Below, in pieces: positions 18,326 through 27,367 of a stretch of DNA of 32,000 nucleotides. Position 1 is the first letter of the stretch. Every line of letters starts with the position of its first letter. The stretch is from Vibrio cholerae ATCC 14035 (GTDB taxonomy: Bacteria > Pseudomonadota > Gammaproteobacteria > Enterobacterales > Vibrionaceae). Location of the stretch: the NCBI RefSeq assembly GCF_000621645.1, contig NZ_JHXR01000024.1:1-32000 (forward strand), in the 5' to 3' direction. A program made the position numbers and the translations under genes. The notes under the pieces were generated by a model. The model searched no databases and was not told where the DNA came from. It worked only from the letters and a program-made list of their open reading frames with translations.

Positions 18326-19753
18326 ATGAGCCAAGAAAAGCAGCTTGAACAAAACTACAACTATACCGTGGTCCGCCAATTTACCCTGGTAACAATTCTC
18401 TGGGGTATCGTCGGTATGGCTGTAGGGGTTTTGATTGCCGCTCAATTAGTTTGGCCACAGCTAAACTTTGATACGCCGTGGTTGACGTACAGTCGCTTAC
18501 GTCCTCTGCATACTAATGCGGTAATTTTTGCGTTTGGTACAAGTGCCCTGTTTGCAACATCATATTATGTTGTGCAGCGTACTTGCCAAACTCGTCTGTT
18601 CGGTGGACCGTTAGTTCCCTTTACCTTTTGGGGATGGCAAGCGATTATCGTTGCCGCTGCAATCACCTTACCTTTGGGTTACACCTCAGGTAAAGAGTAC
18701 GCAGAACTGGAATGGCCAATCGACATCGCCATCGCAGCGGTTTGGGTCGCTTATGCGGTTGTGTTCTTTGGAACCCTAGTAAAACGTAAAACATCTCATA
18801 TTTACGTGGCTAACTGGTTCTTCGGTGCCTTTATTATTACCGTTGCGGTATTGCACATTGTAAACAGTATGGCGCTCCCCGTTTCGATGGGTAAGTCTTA
18901 CTCTATCTACGCTGGTGCCGTCGATGCCATGGTGCAATGGTGGTATGGTCACAACGCTGTAGGTTTCCTGCTCACGGCCGGCTTCCTAGGCATGATGTAC
19001 TACTTTGTTCCTAAACAAGCTGAACGCCCAGTCTACTCTTACCGTCTGTCTATCGTTCACTTTTGGGCTCTGATTTCTCTCTATATTTGGGCAGGTCCGC
19101 ACCATTTGCATTACACCGCACTACCTGACTGGACTCAGTCTTTGGGCATGGTAATGTCTCTCGTGCTGTTCGCACCCTCTTGGGGGGGGATGATCAACGG
19201 TATCATGACTCTTTCTGGTGCATGGCATAAGCTGCGCTATGATCCAATTCTTCGTTTCTTGATCGTTTCTCTGTCTTTCTACGGCATGTCTACGTTTGAA
19301 GGCCCGATGATGTCAATCAAGACCGTCAATGCTCTATCCCACTACACCGACTGGACGATTGGTCACGTTCACTCTGGTGCGCTTGGTTGGGTAGCAATGG
19401 TGTCGATTGGTTCTGTTTACCATCTTATCCCACGTCTTTTTGGACAAGAACGCATGTACTCTGTCAGTCTGATCAACGCTCACTTCTGGTTAGCCACGAT
19501 TGGTACAGTTCTGTACATCGTTGCAATGTGGATCTCTGGCGTAATGCAAGGTTTGATGTGGCGTGCAGTGAACTCTGACGGCACACTGACATACAGCTTT
19601 GTCGAGTCAGTGCAAGCGTCATATCCGTTCTATACCGTGCGTTTCATCGGTGGTTTCATCTTCTTGTCTGGGATGTTCCTGATGGCTTACAACGCCTATA
19701 AGACCATTTCTGCACCTAAAAATAGCCTAAAAGCTATTGTGCAACCGGCATAA
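18326..19753 (+). CDS. ccoN: cbb3-type cytochrome c oxidase subunit I (CcoN)
   Basis: A 12-TM haem-copper oxidase with the sequence ..[10 protein letters not shown].., ..[10 protein letters not shown].., ..HHLHYT.., ..[17 protein letters not shown]... GGAAG (18314-18318) sits 7 nt before ATG 18326. The track uses ATG 18320, two codons earlier. Confidence 0.95.
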   Translation: MSQEKQLEQNYNYTVVRQFTLVTILWGIVGMAVGVLIAAQLVWPQLNFDTPWLTYSRLRPLHTNAVIFAFGTSALFATSYYVVQRTCQTRLFGGPLVPFTFWGWQAIIVAAAITLPLGYTSGKEYAELEWPIDIAIAAVWVAYAVVFFGTLVKRKTSHIYVANWFFGAFIITVAVLHIVNSMALPVSMGKSYSIYAGAVDAMVQWWYGHNAVGFLLTAGFLGMMYYFVPKQAERPVYSYRLSIVHFWALISLYIWAGPHHLHYTALPDWTQSLGMVMSLVLFAPSWGGMINGIMTLSGAWHKLRYDPILRFLIVSLSFYGMSTFEGPMMSIKTVNALSHYTDWTIGHVHSGALGWVAMVSIGSVYHLIPRLFGQERMYSVSLINAHFWLATIGTVLYIVAMWISGVMQGLMWRAVNSDGTLTYSFVESVQASYPFYTVRFIGGFIFLSGMFLMAYNAYKTISAPKNSLKAIVQPA

Positions 19754-19766
19754 GGAGAATTAAGCA

Positions 19767-20387
19767 ATGAGTTCTAATTCTAATAATCGCCATGAACTAC
19801 TTGAGCGTAATGTCGGCTTACTGGCTATTTTCATTGTTTTTGCCATCAGTTGGGGTGCTCTGGTTGAGATTACCCCATTGATTTTCCAAAAACAGACCAC
19901 GGAAGAAGTACAGAACCTCAAACCTTATACCGCGTTGCAACTCGAAGGTCGCGACATTTACATCCGTGAAGGTTGTAACGTTTGTCACAGCCAGATGGTG
20001 CGCCCATTCCGTTCTGAAACCGAGCGTTATGGCCATTACTCTGTGGCAGGTGAAAGTGTTTGGGAACACCCATTTTTATGGGGCTCTAAACGTACTGGTC
20101 CTGACTTAGCACGTGTGGGTGGTCGTTATTCTGATGAATGGCACCGTGTTCACCTATTGAACCCACGTGAACTGGTTCCTGAATCAAATATGCCTGCATT
20201 CCCATGGCTGGCAAAAAACACTCTGGACGGTAAATACACGCAACAAAAGATGACCTTGTTCCGTGACAAGTTTGGTGTTCCGTACACAGATGAACAAATC
20301 GCAAATGCGACAAAAGATGTAGAAGGTAAAACAGAGATGGATGCCATCATTGCTTATCTTCAATCTCTTGGTCATGCAATGAAATAG
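19767..20387 (+). CDS. ccoO: cbb3-type cytochrome c oxidase subunit II, monohaem (CcoO)
   Basis: AAGGAG Shine-Dalgarno, an N-terminal TM anchor, the [11 protein letters not shown] haem c motif and typical CcoO sequence ([21 protein letters not shown]). Confidence 0.95.
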   Translation: MSSNSNNRHELLERNVGLLAIFIVFAISWGALVEITPLIFQKQTTEEVQNLKPYTALQLEGRDIYIREGCNVCHSQMVRPFRSETERYGHYSVAGESVWEHPFLWGSKRTGPDLARVGGRYSDEWHRVHLLNPRELVPESNMPAFPWLAKNTLDGKYTQQKMTLFRDKFGVPYTDEQIANATKDVEGKTEMDAIIAYLQSLGHAMK

Positions 20388-20398
20388 CAGAGGTAATT

Positions 20399-20563
20399 AT
20401 GGATATCGGTACTATTCACAGTATTTGGACCATAGTGCTGTTCGTATGCTTTATAGGCGTGGTTTGGTGGGCTTATGGCAAAAAGCGTAAAGCGCGTTTT
20501 GATGAAGCTGCAAACCTCATCTTCGCCGATGAAGAGCAAAATACCTCGAAAAACAAGGAGTGA
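20399..20563 (+). CDS. ccoQ: cbb3-type cytochrome c oxidase subunit CcoQ, 54 aa (below the ORF-track length cutoff)
   Basis: Hand-translated: MDIGTIHSIWTIVLFVCFIGVVWWAYGKKRKARFDEAANLIFADEEQNTSKNKE*. It has a single TM segment and a basic stretch. It fills the ccoO-ccoP gap exactly and has an AGAGGT Shine-Dalgarno upstream. Confidence 0.85.
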   Translation: MDIGTIHSIWTIVLFVCFIGVVWWAYGKKRKARFDEAANLIFADEEQNTSKNKE

Positions 20564-20570
20564 CTAAGTA

Positions 20571-21551
20571 ATGACTACATTCTGGAGTCTTTGGATCATC
20601 GTGATTACTGTGGGTACTTTGCTCGGTTGCGCTATTCTGCTCGTTTGGTGTCTGAAAGACAAAATGGGTGTTGAAGAAGGCGTTGACATGGGCCATGAGT
20701 ACGATGGCATTCGCGAGTTGAACAACCCGTTGCCAAAATGGTGGACCTATCTATTTATTGGTACTTTCATTTTTGCAGCCATTTATTTAACCCTTTACCC
20801 AGGTTTAGGCAGCTTTAAAGGCATTCTCGGCTGGCAAAGTTCAGACCAGACCGTACGTTCTCTTGAAGAATCACGTGCTTCGATTGCTGCCGCACAGCAA
20901 AACAAACAACTGGTTCAGTATTCAAAAGAACTGGACGACGCTGAAGCTTACTACGGTGAAGCTTTCAAACGTTTGGCTTATCAAGACGGCACCACTAACT
21001 TACGCGAAATCCAAGATATCGCTGCCGATAGTGATGCTTTAAAAGTAGGTCAACGCCTGTTTTTACAGAACTGCTCTCAATGTCACGGCTCAGATGCTCG
21101 CGGCCAAAAAGGCTTTCCTAACTTGACTGATGATGCATGGCTGTATGGTGGTGAACCACAAGCGATTGTGACCACCATTCGCCATGGCCGTATTGGCCAA
21201 ATGCCAGCATGGAAAGACATTTTAGGCGAGCAAGGTGTGAAGGAAGTCGTTAGTTACACCTTAAGCCTGTCGGGTCGTTCTGTGAATGCTAAAGAAGCAG
21301 AAGCAGGTAAAGCTCGTTTCGCCGTTTGTTCTGCATGTCATGGTACTGACGGTAAAGGTAACCCAGCCTTTGGTGCACCAAACCTAACAGATAATGATTG
21401 GTTATTTGGTGATTCTCGTGCTGATGTAACCGAGACGGTTATGAACGGTCGCTCAGGTGTTATGCCTGCGTGGATCAATACTTTAGGTGAAGAAAAGATT
21501 CAATTGGTTGCCGCTTATGTATGGAGCTTAAGCAACTCAGAGAATAAGTAA
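20571..21551 (+). CDS. ccoP: cbb3-type cytochrome c oxidase subunit III, dihaem (CcoP)
   Basis: N-terminal TM region with the FixP N-domain, plus two haem c motifs, CSQCHG and CSACHG. Confidence 0.95.
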   Translation: MTTFWSLWIIVITVGTLLGCAILLVWCLKDKMGVEEGVDMGHEYDGIRELNNPLPKWWTYLFIGTFIFAAIYLTLYPGLGSFKGILGWQSSDQTVRSLEESRASIAAAQQNKQLVQYSKELDDAEAYYGEAFKRLAYQDGTTNLREIQDIAADSDALKVGQRLFLQNCSQCHGSDARGQKGFPNLTDDAWLYGGEPQAIVTTIRHGRIGQMPAWKDILGEQGVKEVVSYTLSLSGRSVNAKEAEAGKARFAVCSACHGTDGKGNPAFGAPNLTDNDWLFGDSRADVTETVMNGRSGVMPAWINTLGEEKIQLVAAYVWSLSNSENK

Positions 21552-21562
21552 CATTCTAATAA

Positions 21563-21590
21563 CAGCCCCTTTTCAAGGGGCTGTCTTTCT
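21563..21590 (+). terminator. Rho-independent terminator after ccoP
   Basis: CAGCCCCT (21563-21570), loop, AGGGGCTG (21576-21583), then a T-rich tail. Confidence 0.8.
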
Positions 21591-21629
21591 TATATTTTTT
21601 AGCCTCTTTTCGTTGTAGAGAACTTTCTT

Positions 21630-22106
21630 ATGGTAAAGCCTTGGTATAAACAATTTTGGCCTTGGTTCCTGATCATACTACCTCTCACTGTAGTGATCTG
21701 GACGGTCGTCACCGTTATTGTTTTTGCAAATAACTCTGTTTCATTAGTCACTGAGGATTACTATAAAAAAGGCAAAGGCATTAATATTGATCTTACTAAA
21801 ATCAATGTCGCCAAAGAGTTGGGATTGAACGCTACCGTTCACTCTGAAGGTAGCACGGTCATCATTGAATTCGACAAAGGTCAACTTGCTCACTTCCCTG
21901 CTATTCAAGCCATGTTTGCTCATCGCACACTGCCTGATCGCGATTTTTCTCAGCTGATTACGGCTGATGCAAAAGGAATTTATCGCTTAAATCTGGAGAA
22001 TGAACTGCAAGGCCCTTGGTTTATCGAACTGACTCCGCATGATGGCCAATGGCTTGTCCAAGGTCGCGTCACCTTCCCCTCTTCTCCAACGGCATTAATG
22101 AATTAA
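21630..22106 (+). CDS. ccoH: cbb3 oxidase assembly protein CcoH/FixH family, 158 aa
   Basis: N-terminal motif KPWYKQFWPWFLI followed by a TM helix, typical of FixH. It lies directly upstream of ccoI. Confidence 0.8.
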   Translation: MVKPWYKQFWPWFLIILPLTVVIWTVVTVIVFANNSVSLVTEDYYKKGKGINIDLTKINVAKELGLNATVHSEGSTVIIEFDKGQLAHFPAIQAMFAHRTLPDRDFSQLITADAKGIYRLNLENELQGPWFIELTPHDGQWLVQGRVTFPSSPTALMN

Positions 22107-22110
22107 GATC

Positions 22111-24483
22111 ATGGACAAAACGTGTTATCACTGCGGTGAGGATGTACCTGCCGGCACAAATTTCCACGTTGATATTTTGGGTGAACAACGTGACATGTGC
22201 TGCCCCGGCTGCCAAACGGTTGCTCAAACCATTGTCGATAGTGGCCTCGTTTCTTACTACCAATTCCGCACCGCACCAGCGGAAAAGGTGGAATTGGTTC
22301 CCGAGCAATTGAAAGCTTTGATTCACTACGACAATAGTGATGTCCAAGCCGAGTTTGTGCGTAGCAAAGATGACCACTCTGAGGTGACATTGTCACTCGA
22401 TGGTGTTTCATGTGCCGCCTGTGCGTGGTTAATTGAAAAACAGCTACACACCGAGCCGGGCGTCGTCTCTATTCGAGTCAATACAACAACCAATCGAGCG
22501 CTCCTCAGCTGGGACCGAACCAAAACCCAGCTAAGCCATGTATTAGCTCAAATTCATAAACTGGGTTATAAAGCCGCGCCTTTTGAAGCTGACAAGCATG
22601 AAACGCAATACCACGATGCCATGAAAACATACTTGTATCGTCTTGGTATCGCGGGATTGGCGAGCATGCAGGTGATGATGCTGGCTGTCGCACTTTATCT
22701 CGAGGCGTTTGGCGATCTGGATGCTGAGTTTAAAAACTATTTCCGCTGGGTGAGCTTAATTTTTGCTACTCCTGTCTTACTCTACTCGGCCCTTCCATTT
22801 TACCTAAATGCATGGCGCAGTATTCGTGGTCGCACTTTAGGCATGGATGTCCCCGTCTCTCTCGCACTCATCTTTGCTTATATAGCAAGCTTAGTCGCAA
22901 CCATTACCGAACAAGGTGAAGTGTTCTTCGAATCGATCTCCATGTTTACCTTCTTCTTATTGGTAGGCCGCTTTTTAGAGATGAGAGCGAGACGTAAGGC
23001 GGCTGCCGCAAGTGGTAACCTGTTGAAACTCATCCCCGCGATTGCAACAACGTTAGACGGTCAACAAGTACCGGTAAAAACGCTCAAGCCCGGCGACTGT
23101 GTACGAGTTTTGCCTGGTGAACACATTCCAGCAGATGGTGAAATCATTAATAACCGAGTTCATATTGATGAATCTATGTTAACGGGTGAGTCTTTACCCG
23201 TTGTCAAAGCGACAGGGGATCACGTGTTTGCTGGAACACTGAATGGTGATGAATCGTTTGATCTGCGTGTCACCGCTTCAAAAGCCGATTCAGTTATTTC
23301 CAATATTGTGAGACTGCAAGATGATGCTCAATCCTCCAAGCCAAAAATTGCGGAAATTGCCGATATTGTGGCGCGTTACTTTGTTGCCATCATATTAGTT
23401 ATTGCTGCAGGCACATGGTTTTTCTGGCATCAGGTACGACCTGAAGATGCGTTTTGGATTATGCTTTCGGTATTAGTCGCCACCTGCCCTTGCGCACTTT
23501 CTCTCGCAACACCGACCGCCTTGACCTGCGCGACCTCCAGTATGGGTAGCGTTGGGGTTATGTTACGCAAAAATCACGTGTTCGAAACGCTTTGCAAAGT
23601 GAATCATTTAGTCATCGACAAAACGGGCACCCTCACCCATGGCAATATTGAAATTAGCACTGTCGAAACACTGGATTCATTAACGAAAGAATCTTGTCTA
23701 GCGATAGCGGCTGAGCTTGAGAGCCATGCCAACCACCCAATAGCCAAAGCCTTTCGTCCTTATAAGGCAGAAAATGTCACGGTGAGCGAAGTAAGAAATA
23801 TCATCGGAAGCGGGATTGAAGGTGTCTTTGCAGGACAGAAAGTCAAAATTGGCAGCGCAGAATTTGTGTTAGGCAATCCACTAGATTCCGCACACAATTG
23901 TGTTTTCTTATCGCTGGATGGACGACATGTTGCCACCTTCCATTACCGAGATCCAATTCGTAAAGAAGCTAAAGCGTTTATAGAGAAATTCCATGCTGCA
24001 GGCATCAAAATCACTTTATTGACAGGAGACTCACAAACCAATGCCCAAAGCGTTGCTAATGAGATGCAAATCGATAAGGTAGTCGCCCAGGCGAAGCCCG
24101 AAGACAAGCTTACCTATCTACGAGAATTGAATAAAACCGACGTGACTATGATGGTTGGTGATGGTATTAACGATGCTCCAACACTAGCTGGTGCTCATAT
24201 TTCTGTTGCGATGGGCGGAGGTACAGATGTCGCTAAAGCCTCAGCAGATATGGTACTCATTGGTGATCGCTTAGATAAATTGCTTGAGGCAAGAGAGCTC
24301 GCGCTGAAAACGCGTAAAATCATTCGCGAAAACCTCGCTTGGTCGTTGGGTTACAACTTACTGATTTTACCTCTTGCCGTTGCAGGATTAGTCGCACCCT
24401 ATATTGCAGTGGTAGGGATGTCGGGAAGTTCGATTATTGTCGTGACCAACTCACTTCGTCTGCTGAAAAAGCAAGGGAGATAA
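22111..24483 (+). CDS. ccoI: Copper-translocating P1B-type ATPase for cbb3 oxidase maturation (CcoI/FixI), 790 aa
   Basis: N-terminal Cys-rich domain (CYHCGE...CCPGC), HMA motif GVSCAACAW, TM CPC motif (ATCPCAL), phosphorylation site DKTGTLT and hinge GDGINDAP. Confidence 0.93.
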   Translation: MDKTCYHCGEDVPAGTNFHVDILGEQRDMCCPGCQTVAQTIVDSGLVSYYQFRTAPAEKVELVPEQLKALIHYDNSDVQAEFVRSKDDHSEVTLSLDGVSCAACAWLIEKQLHTEPGVVSIRVNTTTNRALLSWDRTKTQLSHVLAQIHKLGYKAAPFEADKHETQYHDAMKTYLYRLGIAGLASMQVMMLAVALYLEAFGDLDAEFKNYFRWVSLIFATPVLLYSALPFYLNAWRSIRGRTLGMDVPVSLALIFAYIASLVATITEQGEVFFESISMFTFFLLVGRFLEMRARRKAAAASGNLLKLIPAIATTLDGQQVPVKTLKPGDCVRVLPGEHIPADGEIINNRVHIDESMLTGESLPVVKATGDHVFAGTLNGDESFDLRVTASKADSVISNIVRLQDDAQSSKPKIAEIADIVARYFVAIILVIAAGTWFFWHQVRPEDAFWIMLSVLVATCPCALSLATPTALTCATSSMGSVGVMLRKNHVFETLCKVNHLVIDKTGTLTHGNIEISTVETLDSLTKESCLAIAAELESHANHPIAKAFRPYKAENVTVSEVRNIIGSGIEGVFAGQKVKIGSAEFVLGNPLDSAHNCVFLSLDGRHVATFHYRDPIRKEAKAFIEKFHAAGIKITLLTGDSQTNAQSVANEMQIDKVVAQAKPEDKLTYLRELNKTDVTMMVGDGINDAPTLAGAHISVAMGGGTDVAKASADMVLIGDRLDKLLEARELALKTRKIIRENLAWSLGYNLLILPLAVAGLVAPYIAVVGMSGSSIIVVTNSLRLLKKQGR

Positions 24484-24486
24484 CCG

Positions 24487-24651
24487 GTGGAAAGCTTATA
24501 TTTGCTCATCCCAATTGCGATTGTGTTAGTTTGTGTCGCGGTCGGTATTTTTTTGTGGGCAGTCAAAAGTGAGCAATTTGAAGATCTTGAGCGCCAAGGC
24601 CACAACATCTTATTTGAAGATGAAGAGAGCCAAGATAAGGATAAACGGTGA
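24487..24651 (+). CDS. ccoS: cbb3 oxidase maturation protein CcoS/FixS, 54 aa (below the ORF-track length cutoff)
   Basis: Hand-translated from GTG 24487: (M)ESLYLLIPIAIVLVCVAVGIFLWAVKSEQFEDLERQGHNILFEDEESQDKDKR*. This is the typical CcoS pattern (LIPIA...FxWAVKSxQxxD...ILFDD-like). It starts 3 nt after the ccoI stop. Confidence 0.85.
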   Translation: MESLYLLIPIAIVLVCVAVGIFLWAVKSEQFEDLERQGHNILFEDEESQDKDKR

Positions 24652-25322
24652 GTCCTGATTATTTGGGGGCTTGGGTGGTAGGCCTGCTGGGAGCGGGTCA
24701 CTGTTTGGGCATGTGCGGCGGCATTAGCGCTTTGCTCACCCTTGATCCGTCTAAAAGCTCACCAGCACTGCTACTTTATTACAATCTAGGTCGCCTGCTG
24801 AGCTACGCCTTAATTGGCGGTATTGTCGGTGGCATCACCGCTTCACTGACAGAGCTCATTGATGTTCAATCCGCCTTAGTGTGGCTTCGAATTTTCGCAG
24901 CTGTGTTGATGATTGTATTAGGCCTTTACATCGGACGCTGGTGGTTTGGACTACTGTGGCTTGAAAAAGTCGGCCTGAAAATCTGGCCATGGATTTCACC
25001 GCTAGGCAAAACTCTTTTGCCGCTAAAAAAACAGTGGCATGCACTACCCTTCGGCCTTGTGTGGGGCTGGCTTCCTTGTGGTTTAGTCTACTCTATGTTG
25101 ACTTGGTCTGCCGTGGCAGGCAGTTTCTCACAAGGGGCACTTATTATGTTGTCATTTGGGTTTGGCACCCTACCCGCCATGCTAGCCAGTGGCTGGGGAG
25201 CTAATAAATTAATGCATTGGCAAAATTCGCATTTATTTCGTCAATGTGCGGCAATACTGGTGATTGGGTATGGGCTATTCACTGCCTACGATGCCGTAAA
25301 GCTGATGATTAATCTGGGTTAA
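24648..25322 (+). CDS. Polytopic membrane protein, DsbD_2 / TauE-SafE-like family, with an N-terminal HCxGMCGG motif, 224 aa
   Basis: The GTG start overlaps the ccoS stop (GTGA, 24648-24651). It has about 6 hydrophobic helices and the motif GAGHCLGMCGGI in helix 1. The family call is from memory of PF13386-type proteins linked to ccoS. Confidence 0.7.
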   Translation: MSPDYLGAWVVGLLGAGHCLGMCGGISALLTLDPSKSSPALLLYYNLGRLLSYALIGGIVGGITASLTELIDVQSALVWLRIFAAVLMIVLGLYIGRWWFGLLWLEKVGLKIWPWISPLGKTLLPLKKQWHALPFGLVWGWLPCGLVYSMLTWSAVAGSFSQGALIMLSFGFGTLPAMLASGWGANKLMHWQNSHLFRQCAAILVIGYGLFTAYDAVKLMINLG

Positions 25323-25381
25323 TGGTTTAGAGGTCGCTGATGTATTTTAACTACCCTTTAGGGTTAAGCGATGCTAAAATA

Positions 25382-25395
25382 TTGACGTACATCAA
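25382..25395. promoter_or_regulatory. FNR/CRP-family box TTGAC-GTAC-ATCAA upstream of fnr (candidate autoregulatory site)
   Basis: It matches 9 of the 10 half-site positions of the FNR consensus TTGAT-N4-ATCAA. The box ends 16 bp (centre 23 bp) upstream of the fnr ATG. Confidence 0.6.
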
Positions 25396-25411
25396 TTAGT
25401 GAAAGGTTGTT

Positions 25412-26164
25412 ATGATTTCTGAAAAGCCTGCTGCGAAGCGCATTCAATCGGGTGGTTGTGCTATTCACTGTCAAGATTGCAGTATTAGCCAACTCTGTAT
25501 CCCTTTTACCTTGAATGAGTCTGAGCTTGATCAGCTTGACCAGATCATTGAGCGTAAAAAACCGATCCAGAAAGGTCAGGAGCTGTTTAAAGCGGGTGAC
25601 GAACTGAGATCTTTATACGCAATTCGTTCTGGTACGATTAAAAGCTACACCATCACTGAGCAAGGTGATGAGCAGATCACAGCCTTTCATCTGGCTGGTG
25701 ATTTAGTTGGTTTTGATGCAATTACTGGAGATCAGCACCCAAGCTTTGCTCAAGCGCTTGAGACCTCCATGGTTTGTGAAATCCCGTATGAAATCTTGGA
25801 TGACCTGTCTGGCAAAATGCCGAAACTGCGTCAACAAATCATGCGTTTAATGAGTAACGAAATTAAAGGCGATCAGGAGATGATCCTGCTGCTTTCAAAG
25901 AAGAACGCTGAAGAACGTTTAGCGGCCTTCTTGTACAACCTTTCTACTCGTTTCTCTCAACGCGGTTTCAGCCCAAGAGAGTTTCGTCTCACCATGACAC
26001 GTGGTGATATTGGTAACTACCTTGGTCTTACTGTTGAAACCATCAGCCGCTTGCTCGGTCGTTTCCAAAAATCAGAAATCCTAAGTGTTAAAGGCAAATA
26101 CATCACTATTCTCAACCATGCAGAATTGATGGAATTGGCTGGCGTCTCTAAAGAATCTAAATAA
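25412..26164 (+). CDS. fnr: Oxygen-sensing global transcription regulator FNR, 250 aa
   Basis: N-terminal Cys cluster ([16 protein letters not shown]) plus an internal Cys, a cNMP-like domain, and a C-terminal HTH with ETISRLL. It closely matches E. coli FNR as remembered. Confidence 0.96.
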
Positions 26165-26169
26165 CTTCA

Positions 26170-26205
26170 ATGATGTAGCTCTTAATGAGCTACATCATAT
26201 TTCTT
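26170..26205 (+). terminator. Rho-independent terminator after fnr
   Basis: Perfect 12-bp stem ATGATGTAGCTC (26170-26181) / GAGCTACATCAT (26187-26198), loop TTAAT, tail ATTTCTT. Confidence 0.8.
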
Positions 26206-26293
26206 CCAAATACCTCTTCTTTTTACTAAAACTCTGCTCATAACTAAGCTAAAGTGAAGCTAACAAACCTCCTCACTGAACAAGGAGTTTCTC

Positions 26294-27241
26294 ATGAGCA
26301 TTTACAGTAAAATTCTTGTCGTGGCTGATATCAACCATGATGAACAACCTGCTTTGGCTCGGGCAATGCAACTGGCGCAAAAAAGCACCTCCGTCAGCCA
26401 TATCACTTTCTTCCTATCGATTTACGATTTTTCTTATGACATGACCTCCATGCTTTCTCTCGAAGAGCGTGATGCCATGCGCAAGGGGGTGATCCATCAA
26501 CGAGAACAGTGGATGCGTTCCATTGCAGAGCCTTATCTAGATAAATCCGTTCAGTTTGACATTAAGGTGGTGTGGCACAACCGTCCTTACGAAGCGATTA
26601 TTGGTGAAATTTTTGCGGGTGAACACGATATCCTGATCAAAGCGACTCGCAAACACGACATGCTAGAGTCCGTTATTTTCACTCCAACCGATTGGCACTT
26701 GATGCGTAAGTGTCCGACACCGGTCTTGTTAGTCAAAAATGCTGACTGGCCAGAAAATGCCAATATCATTGCCTCTGTGCATGTTGGCTCTGAGCTAGAT
26801 ACCCATATTGATTTAAATGATCGTATGGTCGAACAGCTCCTTAATTTGAGCAAACGCTTAGGAGCGAGTCCTTATCTTGTCAACGCTTATCCAGTCACTC
26901 CAGCCAACATCACTATTGAGCTGCCGGAGTTTGATCCAACCACCTATACCGATGCGGTTCGAGGACATCACCTTACGGCGATGAAGGCTCTTCGCCAAAA
27001 ACATGGTTTAAGTGAAGAGCAAACGCTTGTCCAACAAGGATTGCCCGAAGATGTGATCCCAGAAGCGGCCAAACAGCTTAATGCAGCTATGGTGATTCTG
27101 GGCACGACAGGTAGAACGGGACTTTCGGCGGTATTTATCGGCAACACTGCAGAACATGTCATCGATAAAATTAACTGTGATGTGCTTGCCCTCAAACCCA
27201 ATGGCTACGTAAGCCCTCTCGATCCACAGACAGCCATTTAA
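26294..27241 (+). CDS. uspE: Universal stress protein E (tandem Usp domains), 315 aa
   Basis: AAGGAG Shine-Dalgarno. The sequence aligns by eye along its whole length with E. coli UspE (..VVWHNRPYEAII.., FTPTDWHLMRKCP, AYPVTPANITIELPEFDP, LGTTGRTGLSAVFIGNTAEHVID). Confidence 0.93.
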   Translation: MSIYSKILVVADINHDEQPALARAMQLAQKSTSVSHITFFLSIYDFSYDMTSMLSLEERDAMRKGVIHQREQWMRSIAEPYLDKSVQFDIKVVWHNRPYEAIIGEIFAGEHDILIKATRKHDMLESVIFTPTDWHLMRKCPTPVLLVKNADWPENANIIASVHVGSELDTHIDLNDRMVEQLLNLSKRLGASPYLVNAYPVTPANITIELPEFDPTTYTDAVRGHHLTAMKALRQKHGLSEEQTLVQQGLPEDVIPEAAKQLNAAMVILGTTGRTGLSAVFIGNTAEHVIDKINCDVLALKPNGYVSPLDPQTAI

Positions 27242-27254
27242 CCCTCCTCAACAG

Positions 27255-27281
27255 TCCCTGCCATATGGCAGGGATTTTTTA
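27255..27281 (+). terminator. Rho-independent terminator after uspE
   Basis: TCCCTGCC (27255-27262), loop ATAT, GGCAGGGA (27267-27274), T-run 27275-27281. Confidence 0.85.
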
Positions 27282-27367
27282 TCTCTTCACACTATAGATC
27301 TGGCATCTCTGCTATTTATCCGTATCATACGCACTTCATTTTGTTCTGAGATTTAAGATAGCAAGCA

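Noticed and set aside
25323-25381. Hairpin-like TTAACTACCCTTTAGGGTTAA after the DsbD_2-like gene
   Set aside because: The pairing is imperfect with a 2-nt loop and no T-tract, so it is not a credible terminator.
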